Below, one piece after another: positions 41,382-50,456 of a stretch of 64,000 nt of DNA. A model generated the notes under the pieces. It ran no database searches, had not been told where the DNA came from, and saw only the letters and a list, made by a program, of their open reading frames with translations. The DNA is from Bacteroidota bacterium (GTDB lineage Bacteria; Bacteroidota; Ignavibacteria; UBA10030). Position 1 is the first letter of the stretch. Each line of letters opens with the position of its first letter. Location: assembly GCA_040880975.1 (NCBI GenBank), contig JBBEEC010000029.1:31054-95053 (forward strand), in the 5' to 3' direction. The position numbers and the translations under genes are program-made.

Positions 41382-41669
41382 GTGTCAAGCATGTTGATCA
41401 CAACGAAGATAAACCTAAAATCGCTGCAAGTCAAGCCACGCAAAGACGTTGGCGTAGCTCCGCTTCCGAACTATAAGCGAGACGTCGGAAAAGGGTTCGC
41501 CCGGTGGGACGCATTCGTTGTCGTCCCGGATCCTGATGCGCTTGCGGCCGAATTTGCCTCGCGCAACGTGGAGTTTTCCGAACCGCTGAAAGACTCCGAA
41601 GACGGCCTGCGCGGTTTCGAGGTGAAGGACACCGATGGCTATGTCTTGTTCTTCGGCCGTCCCCGATAA
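41382..41669 (+). pseudogene. 5'-truncated duplicate of the glyoxalase gene (homology begins at KDVGVAPLPNYKRD)
   Basis: 76 C-terminal residues are ~96% identical to 38848-39246. The 19-aa N-terminus is unrelated. Confidence 0.6.
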
Positions 41670-41699
41670 ATCCGTTCCTGCCAGGAAATAGAACACGGA

Positions 41700-42790
41700 A
41701 AAAGCGGATTAGACGGATTGTTACGGATAACGAATCCTCCAATTCGAGGCAAGGGGAATGGGGAACAAATCCGAAATCACAAATTCCAAATACGAAACAA
41801 TATCTAAGAATAAAATTCTAACGTATGCAATTCCTGTGCCCTAGCCCCGAAATTGTGGCTGTGCGGGGAGGAATTCAATAGCAGTGCGTTAAATTCCGGC
41901 GCAGATTCATCCATGATTGAGAATTGATTCAACGTCGGGCGCCGGAATTTCGGAATGTTTAAGCTCAAACACTGTTGTGCTGAGGGTAACATAAGGTGCG
42001 TTTCAATTTCGGAAGAATGTTCTCTTTGCTACTTTTCCCGCTCTTTGGATCCCGCCATGAGCGGGATCCTGGGAGGCGGGACTCTTTTGAAGAGAAAGTA
42101 GACTAGCGCTAGCAAATGGTCGAGATTAATCCAACAGATCGGGCTTATTCCCTCTTGAACATCCTCATCCAAAGTGCCTCGCCGTAGGCCCAGAGCCGAT
42201 CAATGACTCACCCAGTCTTCCCCTCATCCCCCCGCCAAAAATCGTGTCGGGCAGGCCAACCCCTTTCGAAGAGAAGTAGACCAACGTTCGCAGATGGCTG
42301 AGAATTCACAATGGTCGCAGTCTTATCGACGGGATTTGCAGACCTTACTGCCAGGAAATAGAACACGCCTGCGTGCCGAAACAGTTATTGAATCTGGAAG
42401 ATTACCAAATCACTCCGGCGTGCAGGCACGGAAAAATCGGATTAGACGCCTGCCTGCCGGAGTGCCCGCCTGAACGACGTAGTCGGGCAGGCCTCCGGCA
42501 CGCAGGCAGGGATTGACGCGGATATATCATGAGAATACTCCGACCTCTGACTCGGTCGCCCCTACGGGGCTACGACGGATCGGTTTGTGTTATTCTTTCT
42601 ACCAACAGACCGCCCCTACGGGGCTCAATCCGTGAATCCTTCTTTCTTCTTACTGATTTCTGCCTACCTCCTAAAATGCTTCCCCATCTGACTTCTGACC
42701 TTCCGCCTGCGCCCTACGGGCTTCGGCGGACAGGCCGACCTCTGACCTTGCGCTCGACCTGAATTTAGTCTATATTATGGTCGACCCAAA
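41700..42790. repeat. repeat mosaic incl. copies of the 70-bp palindromic element (42018-42090), ccagagccgatcaatgac unit, the ~110-nt stem element (42350-42530) and GACCTCT heptamer/ccctacgggg hairpin units
   Basis: Direct matches to 22418-22595 and 39259-39420. Confidence 0.75.
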
Positions 42791-42802
42791 CCAGGAGGAC
42801 CC

Positions 42803-43093
42803 GTGAAACTCAGCACTGCCGTGAAACCCATCAGCTATCTTAAAGCTCATGCCTCCCGTATCATCCGTGAGCTTTCCGGCCGCCAGGGGACCCTCATTGT
42901 CACACACAACGGTCAGGCCAAGGCCGTCCTTCAGGATATCCATACCTTTGAACAAACACAGGAAACGTTGGCGTTGCTGAAGATCCTGACACGAAGCCAG
43001 CGGAATGTCCAACGCGGCAAGGTGAAATCCCTCGATACCGCTTTTGCATCGCTCGAACGACGCATCCGGGGCTTCAAGAATGAAAAAACATGA
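42803..43093 (+). CDS. phd: Phd/YefM-family antitoxin
   Basis: ISYLKAHASRIIRELSGRQGTLIVTHNGQAKAVLQDIHTFEQTQETLALLKIL is a typical Phd/YefM fold sequence. Confidence 0.72.
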   Translation: MKLSTAVKPISYLKAHASRIIRELSGRQGTLIVTHNGQAKAVLQDIHTFEQTQETLALLKILTRSQRNVQRGKVKSLDTAFASLERRIRGFKNEKT

Positions 43094-43406
43094 CGTCCAA
43101 CTCGATGTTGATGCCGAAGAGGACCTCTTTGAAATCTACCGGTACGTTGCCCTGAACGATTCCATCCAACAGGCAGATCGTTTGTTCGAGGCTCTCAAAC
43201 GGGCTTGTTCCTCGCTCCGCACTCTGCCTCGCCGGGGCCACCTCCCCCCAGAGTTGCAGGATATCGGCGTGTCGCAGTTCAGAGAAATCCGTTTCAAGCC
43301 CTACAGGATCTTCTATAGCATCGACCGTGCGACCGTCACAGTCCATTGCGTGTTGGATGGTCGACGGGATATGCAGACCCTACTGCAAGAACGCTTGTTG
43401 CGCTAA
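43080..43406 (+). CDS. parE: ParE/RelE-family toxin
   Basis: The internal Met (MKKHDVQLDVDAEEDLFEIYRYVA...) overlaps the phd stop. The C-terminal RIFYSIDRATVTVHCVLDGRRD is ParE-like. Confidence 0.68.
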   Translation: MKKHDVQLDVDAEEDLFEIYRYVALNDSIQQADRLFEALKRACSSLRTLPRRGHLPPELQDIGVSQFREIRFKPYRIFYSIDRATVTVHCVLDGRRDMQTLLQERLLR

Positions 43407-43620
43407 TTCAGACGATCAGGCATCAAATAAACTCCTTTTAATCCCCGCCACATAGCGCGGCGGGCAGGCGTTCCTTTTCCGTTTTATCTGATTTTTCCGT
43501 GTCCCATATCGGAGGATATCAAGCAAAAGGTCAATTAGAAGGTGTTTTGCTGCACAACTATTCACCCTGGACAGTGGTCTAATCTGGATACCCAACAACA
43601 AAACCATCCGTGAGGTATCC

Positions 43621-45300
43621 ATGACAAGGATCATCAGTCTCCTGCTGCTAAATTTAACGCTGAGCGCCACTGCGCAAACCGGCAAGCCATCGGTATCTGT
43701 CGTTGATAAGGTTGATAAAGCCGAGGCCGGAAAATGGCGTGAGGACTTGCGCTTTATGGCGCAGGAGATGCCGAAGCGGCACAAGAACCTCTTTCACACG
43801 ATGACCCGTCAGCAGTTCGATGATGCCGTGGGAAAGCTTGATGAGCGAATCCCATCGCTCGCCCGGCATCAGATCATCGTCGATCTGGCTCGCATCGTCG
43901 CTGCGGTGGGAGATGGTCACACAGGTATTGGCTTCCTTTACAGCCCTACAGTCGGATTCCGCTACTACCCTCTCGCGCTCTATCTCTTCAAGGATGGCCT
44001 CTTCGTCTACGCTGCTGACCCCCAATATCGAAGCATTGTCGGAGGCCGGGTTATCACCATCGGCAACGCCACGGCAGGACAAGCCATTGAGGCAGTCAGG
44101 GATTTGATTCATCGGGACAACGATATGACGGTGAAGGAAAGAGTGCCGCTGATCTTAACGACACCGGAGGTGCTGCACGCACTCGGCCTCATCAACGATA
44201 TGGAGGAGGCGCGGTTTGTGGTGGAGCAAAACGGCCGGCAGACGGCGGTTGAAATCAGACCCGTTGCGGGCCCGCGGCCGAACAGGAACAACTGGGCTCT
44301 GGGCCAGAGATTTTCCAAACTGCCGGATTGGATTGATGCGCGAGCCGGCTCAGACGGCGTCACACCCCTGTGGCTCGAACAGCCCGAGGACTATTTCCGG
44401 TTTACCTATCTTGATCATTCCCAAACCATGTATGTGCAGTTTAACGACGTGGCAAACAAGGACACCGAGACCGTCGCTGATTTTGCCAGGCGGGTGTTCG
44501 CGTTTGCGGATTCACACCCTGTTGACCGCTTCGTCCTCGATCTTCGTTGGAACACCGGCGGCAACAACTACCTCAACAAGCCGCTTCTGTTGGGGATCAT
44601 CAAGTCGAACAAGATCGATCAGCGCGGCAGGCTCTTTGCCATCATTGGCCGACGTACCTTTTCGGCGGCGCAGAACCTGGTCAACGATCTGGAGAAGTAC
44701 ACGAACGTGATGTTTGTGGGCGAGCCAACCGCTGGGAATCCAAACTTCTACGGCGACCCCACCAGTATTATCCTGCCCAACAGCGGGATCGTTGTGCGCG
44801 TCTCTACGCTTTGGTGGCAGGATCTGGATTCGCGGGACACACGTCAGTGGACCGGGCCTCACATCGCCGTTGAACTGGCCTCGGAGGATTATCGCACCAA
44901 CCGGGATCCTGTGCTGAGGACGATCCTTGACTACGTTCCGAAGAAGGACCTGGCAGAAATACTGATGGACGCGCTAACGGCGAACGATGTGCCGTCGGCG
45001 GTCAGGGTGCACCGGGAATTCAAAGCCGATCCAACCAACGCGTACGTCAACACGGAAGGTGCCATGAACAATCTCGGATATCGACTGATGGGCATGAAGC
45101 GTCTGGAGAACGCCATCGAGGTGTTTAAGCTGAATGTTGCATCGTACCCGAAATCGGCGAACGCCTATGACAGCCTCGCCGAGGCGTACATGGTGAATGG
45201 AAACAAAGAACTGGCTATCACAAACTACGAGAGATCACTGGAGCTTAATCCGGCGAATTCTAATGCAGTCGAGATGCTGACGCGATTGAAGCAGAAGTAG
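43621..45300 (+). CDS. S41-family (C-terminal processing-like) peptidase with C-terminal TPR repeats, secreted
   Basis: Signal peptide, then the S41 motif VLDLRWNTGGN, then C-terminal TPR-like repeats (...AYDSLAEAYMVNGNKELAITNYERSLELNP). Confidence 0.65.
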   Translation: MTRIISLLLLNLTLSATAQTGKPSVSVVDKVDKAEAGKWREDLRFMAQEMPKRHKNLFHTMTRQQFDDAVGKLDERIPSLARHQIIVDLARIVAAVGDGHTGIGFLYSPTVGFRYYPLALYLFKDGLFVYAADPQYRSIVGGRVITIGNATAGQAIEAVRDLIHRDNDMTVKERVPLILTTPEVLHALGLINDMEEARFVVEQNGRQTAVEIRPVAGPRPNRNNWALGQRFSKLPDWIDARAGSDGVTPLWLEQPEDYFRFTYLDHSQTMYVQFNDVANKDTETVADFARRVFAFADSHPVDRFVLDLRWNTGGNNYLNKPLLLGIIKSNKIDQRGRLFAIIGRRTFSAAQNLVNDLEKYTNVMFVGEPTAGNPNFYGDPTSIILPNSGIVVRVSTLWWQDLDSRDTRQWTGPHIAVELASEDYRTNRDPVLRTILDYVPKKDLAEILMDALTANDVPSAVRVHREFKADPTNAYVNTEGAMNNLGYRLMGMKRLENAIEVFKLNVASYPKSANAYDSLAEAYMVNGNKELAITNYERSLELNPANSNAVEMLTRLKQK

Positions 45301-45563
45301 AGCCGGGGTTTGTTTTTTTCTAGCCTTTTGGGTTTAATTTGAAATTTTCCCGAAGGTCTGCCCGCCTTCGTTGAGCATTGAAGCTAGGCGGGGCTCTTCG
45401 GAGGAACTTGGGATTTGCTTTTTTCCCTGCTTCTTGGTGTTTGCTTTTTCCCGCTTTTTGTCCTTTGCTATTTCATTTGAACTTTGAACTTGGGATTTGC
45501 TTTTTTTCCCGCTTCCCCATTCCTTGATTGTCCTTTGCTATTTGGCTACATTATCCCTCCCCC

Positions 45564-47471
45564 ATGCGCATTCCTGACCAAAAAATCGATGAAATCCGGT
45601 CCTCGAGCGACATTGTCGATGTCATTTCTGCCGTCGTTCGGCTGAAGAAGCGGGGGAAGAGCTACATCGGATTGTGCCCATTTCACCAGGAAAAAACCCC
45701 CTCGTTTACCGTGAGCGCCGAGAAGCAGATGTTCCACTGTTTCGGATGCGCGAAAGGGGGGAATGTCTTTACGTTCGTCATGGAGATCGAACACGTCTCG
45801 TTTGTCGAAGCAGTTCGAAGCCTGGCGGAACGTGCCGGGATCGTCCTGACGACCGAATCCGGCCAGAGCCAGAAGCAAACGGAATTCGAAGAGCTTTTTG
45901 CAGCGTGCAAGTTCGCCGCTCAGCATTTCTACAAGAATCTTGATACTCCTGATGGCCCGGTAGGAAAGAGCGCTCTCGAATACTTTCACTCCCGGGGCTT
46001 CTCCGACGCTACCATTAACTCATTCGGATTGGGATACTCGAAAAATTCATGGGATGGCTTGTTGACCGCGGCTCAGCAGGAGGGAATTCCCGTAGCGCAC
46101 CTCGTGAAGGCAGGGCTTGTGAGGGCCCGCGATGACGGAAGCGGCCATTATGACTATTTCCGCGGCCGCGCTATGTTTCCGATCTTCTCAGCCACCGGCC
46201 GCGTGATCGCTTTCGGCGCCCGCAAAATGCGCGAGGACGATCCGATCCAGGGCAAGTATATCAATTCACCCGAAACGCCGGTTTATAACAAATCCCGCGT
46301 TCTCTTCGGGCTCTTTCAATCCAAGGAAGCGATCCGGGCCGAAGAAACTGCGCTCATGGTCGAAGGATATGCGGATCTCATTTCGCTGTTTCAAGCCGGC
46401 GTTCAGAACGTCGTGGCTTCAAGCGGAACGGCTCTGACCGAGGAGCAGGTCAAACTCGTGGGCAAATACGCGAGAACGATCGTGCTTGTCTATGATGCCG
46501 ACTCGGCCGGTTCGCAGGCGGCTGTGCGCGGACTTGACATCGCTCTCGAGCAGGGTCTCGACGTCCACATCGCCTCTCTGCCCCCGGGGCATGATCCGGA
46601 TTCCTTTGTCCGAAAGCAGGGCGCGAAGGAGTTTCGGACCCTCGTTGAACAGGCCGTCTCGTTCATCGATTTCAAGGCGGGCATGTTTGCAGCCCGCGGA
46701 CGATTTGCCACGCCCGAAGGGAAAACAGAGGCCGTCCGCTCGATTGTCCAATCGATTGCAAAAATCAACGACGAGCTGAAGCGGAACTTCTTTGTGAAAG
46801 CTGTTGCCGACAAGTACCAGATCTACGAGTCTGTCTTGTATCGCGAGCTCGAACGCTGGGTGGCGCGCGACAAACCCCCGATACGCGGAAGCTCTTTCCA
46901 GGACCGCCGCGCCGCCGCAGGTACCAGCCAGGCCCCATCTGCTGTATCACTGCCCACCGCCGAGCGGGAGATTCTGCGGATTGTCTGCGAGAACCGGACC
47001 GCATTGATCAACGAGATATTCTCGGCGATCTCGGTGGACGACCTGAGCGATGCCCGTGTGCGGAAACTAGTGCAGATCGTGCTTGAGCGGATTGAAAACA
47101 CCGGGTCAGTGGACTCGACAGCCCTCGTGAATGAACTCGAAGACCCCGACCTGAAGAGTGTCTATACTGATGTGATGCTGAGCCGGTACGATCTCAGCAA
47201 GGGTTGGCAGGAAATGGAAGTCGAGATCGAAGAGCCGGATCCCGCTAAGATCGCGAAAGCCGCCGTGGCGGCCATCAAACGAAAGGCTCTGCGGACGGAG
47301 ATCGAGCAGAATCATAACCTCATGAGTGCAGCGAAGCAACGAGGCGAAGAAACCAGGCCCTTCATCGAGCGCCACCAGGAACTCAGTCGCACATTGCGGA
47401 ATCTTGAAAGCGTAAACTCGAAATCCGAAATCCAAAATCCGAAACAAGAAAACCAAAACCCGAAATTCTAA
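45564..47471 (+). CDS. dnaG: DNA primase
   Basis: CHC2 zinc finger CPFHQEKTPSFTVSAEKQMFHCFGC. Toprim motifs EGYADLIS and VLVYDADSAG. The start Met (MRIPDQKIDEI) is internal to the ORF-track ORF. The 3' end runs into heptamer repeats. Confidence 0.88.
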   Translation: MRIPDQKIDEIRSSSDIVDVISAVVRLKKRGKSYIGLCPFHQEKTPSFTVSAEKQMFHCFGCAKGGNVFTFVMEIEHVSFVEAVRSLAERAGIVLTTESGQSQKQTEFEELFAACKFAAQHFYKNLDTPDGPVGKSALEYFHSRGFSDATINSFGLGYSKNSWDGLLTAAQQEGIPVAHLVKAGLVRARDDGSGHYDYFRGRAMFPIFSATGRVIAFGARKMREDDPIQGKYINSPETPVYNKSRVLFGLFQSKEAIRAEETALMVEGYADLISLFQAGVQNVVASSGTALTEEQVKLVGKYARTIVLVYDADSAGSQAAVRGLDIALEQGLDVHIASLPPGHDPDSFVRKQGAKEFRTLVEQAVSFIDFKAGMFAARGRFATPEGKTEAVRSIVQSIAKINDELKRNFFVKAVADKYQIYESVLYRELERWVARDKPPIRGSSFQDRRAAAGTSQAPSAVSLPTAEREILRIVCENRTALINEIFSAISVDDLSDARVRKLVQIVLERIENTGSVDSTALVNELEDPDLKSVYTDVMLSRYDLSKGWQEMEVEIEEPDPAKIAKAAVAAIKRKALRTEIEQNHNLMSAAKQRGEETRPFIERHQELSRTLRNLESVNSKSEIQNPKQENQNPKF

Positions 47472-47524
47472 ACCCGAACTTCGAACCTCGAACTTCGAAC
47501 TTCGAACTTCAAACTTCAAACCCC

Positions 47525-47755
47525 ATGCCAGTCAACCAGCCTCTGATGATCCACATCGTTCCCGGCAAATGCGACTACTGCGGTTGCTGTGTCGGCGTTT
47601 GTCCCGAAGATGCCATCGAACTCATGGAATCGAAGATCGAGATCATCGAGGAACGGTGCACGAATTGCAAAAAATGCGTCTGGGCGTGCCCGTGGGAAGT
47701 GATTGAGTTTCATCGAGAAGGAGTTGAAGATCTGCCGAAAGAGATCACTTTGTGA
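47525..47755 (+). CDS. 2x[4Fe-4S] ferredoxin
   Basis: Carries the two cluster motifs CDYCGCCVGVCP and CTNCKKCVWACP. Confidence 0.75.
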   Translation: MPVNQPLMIHIVPGKCDYCGCCVGVCPEDAIELMESKIEIIEERCTNCKKCVWACPWEVIEFHREGVEDLPKEITL

Positions 47756-47882
47756 AATTCGAAATCCAAAATTCGAAGCTCGAAACAAATTCTAATGTCA
47801 GAATCCGAAGTGGATGGCTTTTAGTGCTTAGGATTTGTTTCGAATTTTGTTTTTAGTATTTCGAAATTTCAACAAAGGTCTG

Positions 47883-49049
47883 ATGAAGGAATCGTACGAT
47901 ATTATTGTAGTTGGCGCTGGTCCCGCGGGGGCTACCGCAGCCCGTTACGCCGCGGCCGGGGGCGCTTCCGTCCTGATGCTCGAAAAGGACCGCGATGTCG
48001 GCTATCCGGTCCGCTGCGGAGAGGCCGTGAGCCACGAGGGCGTCATTCAGTTCATTGAACCCGATCCGAAATGGATCGCGTCAACCGTCACAAGATTCCG
48101 GCTCGTCGCTCCGAACGGCAATGAGGTCATTCCGAGACTCGACGGCCTGGGATACGTGCTCGAACGGCGCATTTTCGACTACGAGGTCGCCAAACTCGCC
48201 GCGGCGGAAGGGGCGGAAGTGGTGACCAAGGCGTATGTGTACGATCTCCTGAAACCTGATGGAAAAGCGGAAGGAGTCAAGGTCCTTCTGAAGGATGAGA
48301 AGATCGAGATCAGGGGAAAGGTTGTTATTGCAGCGGACGGCGTGGAGAGCCGTGTAGGCAAGTGGGCAGGCATCGATACCACGTGTCACATCAGGGATAT
48401 GGAAAGCTGTGCGCAGATGACGATTGCGGGAATTGACGTGGAGGACGATGTTCTGGATTTCTACTTCGGCGATGACGTGTCCCCAGGTGGGTACCTTTGG
48501 GTGTTCCCCAAGGGGAAGCATACGGCCAATGTCGGCTTGGGGGTGAGTGTCGAGTCGGCAAAGAAAAAATCAGCCATCCGCTTTCTTCTCGAGTTTGTGG
48601 AAAAAAAATTTCCCAACGCAGCAGTTCTGACGCAAATCGCCGGGGGAGTTCCATGCGCGAAAACCTGTGACACAATCGTGAAGAACAACGTTTTGCTTGT
48701 GGGCGATGCGGCTCACCAGGTGAACCCGACGTCCGGTGGGGGGATCATTAGCGGAATGATAGGCGGGATGATTGCCGGGCAGGTGGCCGCGGAAGCGATC
48801 AAGAAACAAGATCTCTCCCACCTCACCGAATATCAGAAGCGATGGCACAAACGGTTGGGCTGGCGGCATGAAGTGTTCTATACGATCAAAGAGGCGATTT
48901 CCGATTTCAGCGATGAGACGCTGAATCAGATTGCTGCCGGTGCGCTGAAGTTGCCCGAAAACAAAAGAACCCTCGGTGGAATATTCCGCACCGCCCTCTG
49001 GAACAAGCCCTCCCTCCTCATCGATGTCGCAAAAGTATTCGTTTCCTGA
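47883..49049 (+). CDS. geranylgeranyl reductase-family FAD-dependent oxidoreductase
   Basis: The N-terminus YDIIVVGAGPAGATAARYAA is an FAD-binding GxGxxG motif. The length and motif spacing match the geranylgeranyl reductase family. Confidence 0.75.
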   Translation: MKESYDIIVVGAGPAGATAARYAAAGGASVLMLEKDRDVGYPVRCGEAVSHEGVIQFIEPDPKWIASTVTRFRLVAPNGNEVIPRLDGLGYVLERRIFDYEVAKLAAAEGAEVVTKAYVYDLLKPDGKAEGVKVLLKDEKIEIRGKVVIAADGVESRVGKWAGIDTTCHIRDMESCAQMTIAGIDVEDDVLDFYFGDDVSPGGYLWVFPKGKHTANVGLGVSVESAKKKSAIRFLLEFVEKKFPNAAVLTQIAGGVPCAKTCDTIVKNNVLLVGDAAHQVNPTSGGGIISGMIGGMIAGQVAAEAIKKQDLSHLTEYQKRWHKRLGWRHEVFYTIKEAISDFSDETLNQIAAGALKLPENKRTLGGIFRTALWNKPSLLIDVAKVFVS

Positions 49050-49252
49050 CCTCCCAACAGGAAACCGTTAAAACGGTTCCTGGTCACATTGTGCTGGTTG
49101 TATTTCCCCCAACTTTCCGCCTGCGTGCATACAGCGCACTTCGGCGGACAGGAAGTTGGGGGAAATACCCACTCGCTCCCAATTCCATGAGTCGTTTCAA
49201 CGACTTCTTGCAGCGCGGTAGACAAAAGAGGACACCACCTTCTGCGGGTAGT
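49008..49252 (+). repeat. direct repeat copy A (~245 bp) flanking the brnTA cassette; includes last ~40 bp of the reductase gene, a long hairpin (cccccaactttccgcc...ggcggacaggaagttggggg) and the 75-bp MITE-like core
   Basis: ~95% identical to 50172-50412. Confidence 0.85.
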
Positions 49253-49504
49253 GGGTCAGTGTGAATTAAAGATAAACGCAGAGACCGGGAGGACGTCCCG
49301 CTATCCCGCCAAGAAGAGGCGGGACACAAAAAGCGTGAAGGCGGCGGGATAAACAGAGAATTGCAGAGGAACTGCCCATTTTGCTTGATCCCTCTGCGTC
49401 CCTCTGCGCTCTCTGCGACTCTGCGATTTTCTTTACAACGGAAATTGACCCACTACCCTTTTTGCTTTTGTTGACAATGTATATCATTTGTAATATATTG
49501 AGTT

Positions 49505-49774
49505 GTGGATATTCTCTGGGACGAGGCAAAGAATAACAAACTCAAAGAACCCCGCGGCGTCTCGTTTGAAGATGTCTGCCAGATTATTCTTGACAAGAAA
49601 TATCTTGCTGTGCTTGAGAATACGGCACATCCCGGGCAGAACATCTTCGTCGTAGGTTACAAGGGATACACGTACATCGTTCCGTTCATCATTGATGCTG
49701 ACGACAATATCGTCCTCAAGACAGTATTTCCGAGCAGGAAGTTTCACAAATTGTATGGAGAGAAGATGCGATGA
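49505..49774 (+). CDS. brnT: BrnT-family toxin (DUF497)
   Basis: 89 aa. ILWDEAKNNKLKEPRGVSFEDV...VVGYKGYTYIVPFIIDADDNIVLKTVFPSRKF matches the BrnT pattern. Confidence 0.7.
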   Translation: MDILWDEAKNNKLKEPRGVSFEDVCQIILDKKYLAVLENTAHPGQNIFVVGYKGYTYIVPFIIDADDNIVLKTVFPSRKFHKLYGEKMR

Positions 49775-50070
49775 AAGCAAAACTTGATTCCTTCGAGCGG
49801 CAGATTGAACGTGCCGCGGGTTCGTATCGTCCGCTCTCCCAAAAAAGGAGGCAGAAGGTGGAAGCTCTTCTTGACCGCGTACGCAAGAGCCGGACGATCA
49901 GCATACGAATTGCCGAGAGCGTCCTGGAGGAACTGAAACGTCGATCCCAGGAAGAAGGGCTGCCGTACCAGACATTGATCTCGAGCATCTTGCATAAGTA
50001 TGTCACGAATCGTCTCGTTGACGAGAAAGCAATCCGCAAGTCTCTTCAGATGATGCAGCAGATTGATTAA
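49771..50070 (+). CDS. brnA: BrnA-family antitoxin (RHH/CopG-like)
   Basis: 99 aa. It overlaps the brnT stop. ISIRIAESVLEELKRRSQEEGLPYQTLISSILHKYV is typical of BrnA. Confidence 0.7.
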   Translation: MKAKLDSFERQIERAAGSYRPLSQKRRQKVEALLDRVRKSRTISIRIAESVLEELKRRSQEEGLPYQTLISSILHKYVTNRLVDEKAIRKSLQMMQQID

Positions 50071-50171
50071 CCTGAGGTTGGGACACAGAGGGCACGGAGA
50101 ATCACAGAGTTCACAGAGTTCACAGAGAAAAAAAATGGTGAATCGTAAAGAGCAAACCGTAAAATCAAAAA

Positions 50172-50412
50172 CCCTCCCTCCTCATCGATGTCGCAAAAGT
50201 ATTCGTTTCCTGACCTCACAACAGGAAATCGTTAAAACGGTTCCTGGTCACATTGTGCTGGTTGTATTCCCCCCAACTTTCCGCCTGCGTGCATACAGCG
50301 CACTTCGGCGGACAGGAAGTTGGGGGGAATACCCGCTCGCTCCCAATTCCATGAGTCGTTTCAACGACTTCTTGCAGCGCGGTAGACAAAAGAGGACACC
50401 ACCTTCCTGCGG
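50172..50412 (+). repeat. direct repeat copy B flanking brnTA
   Basis: See copy A. It is preceded by a CACAGAG heptamer tract at 50085-50140. Confidence 0.85.
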
Positions 50413-50456
50413 CATTCATTGCAACTCTCTCAGTTGAATCGTATATTGTCTCAAAG

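Noticed and set aside
21226-43620. Integrase/tRNA-bounded genomic island or prophage
   Set aside because: No tyrosine/serine recombinase motifs, phage structural genes or tRNA-like sequence were recognised at either border. The region is treated as a recombination hotspot island instead.
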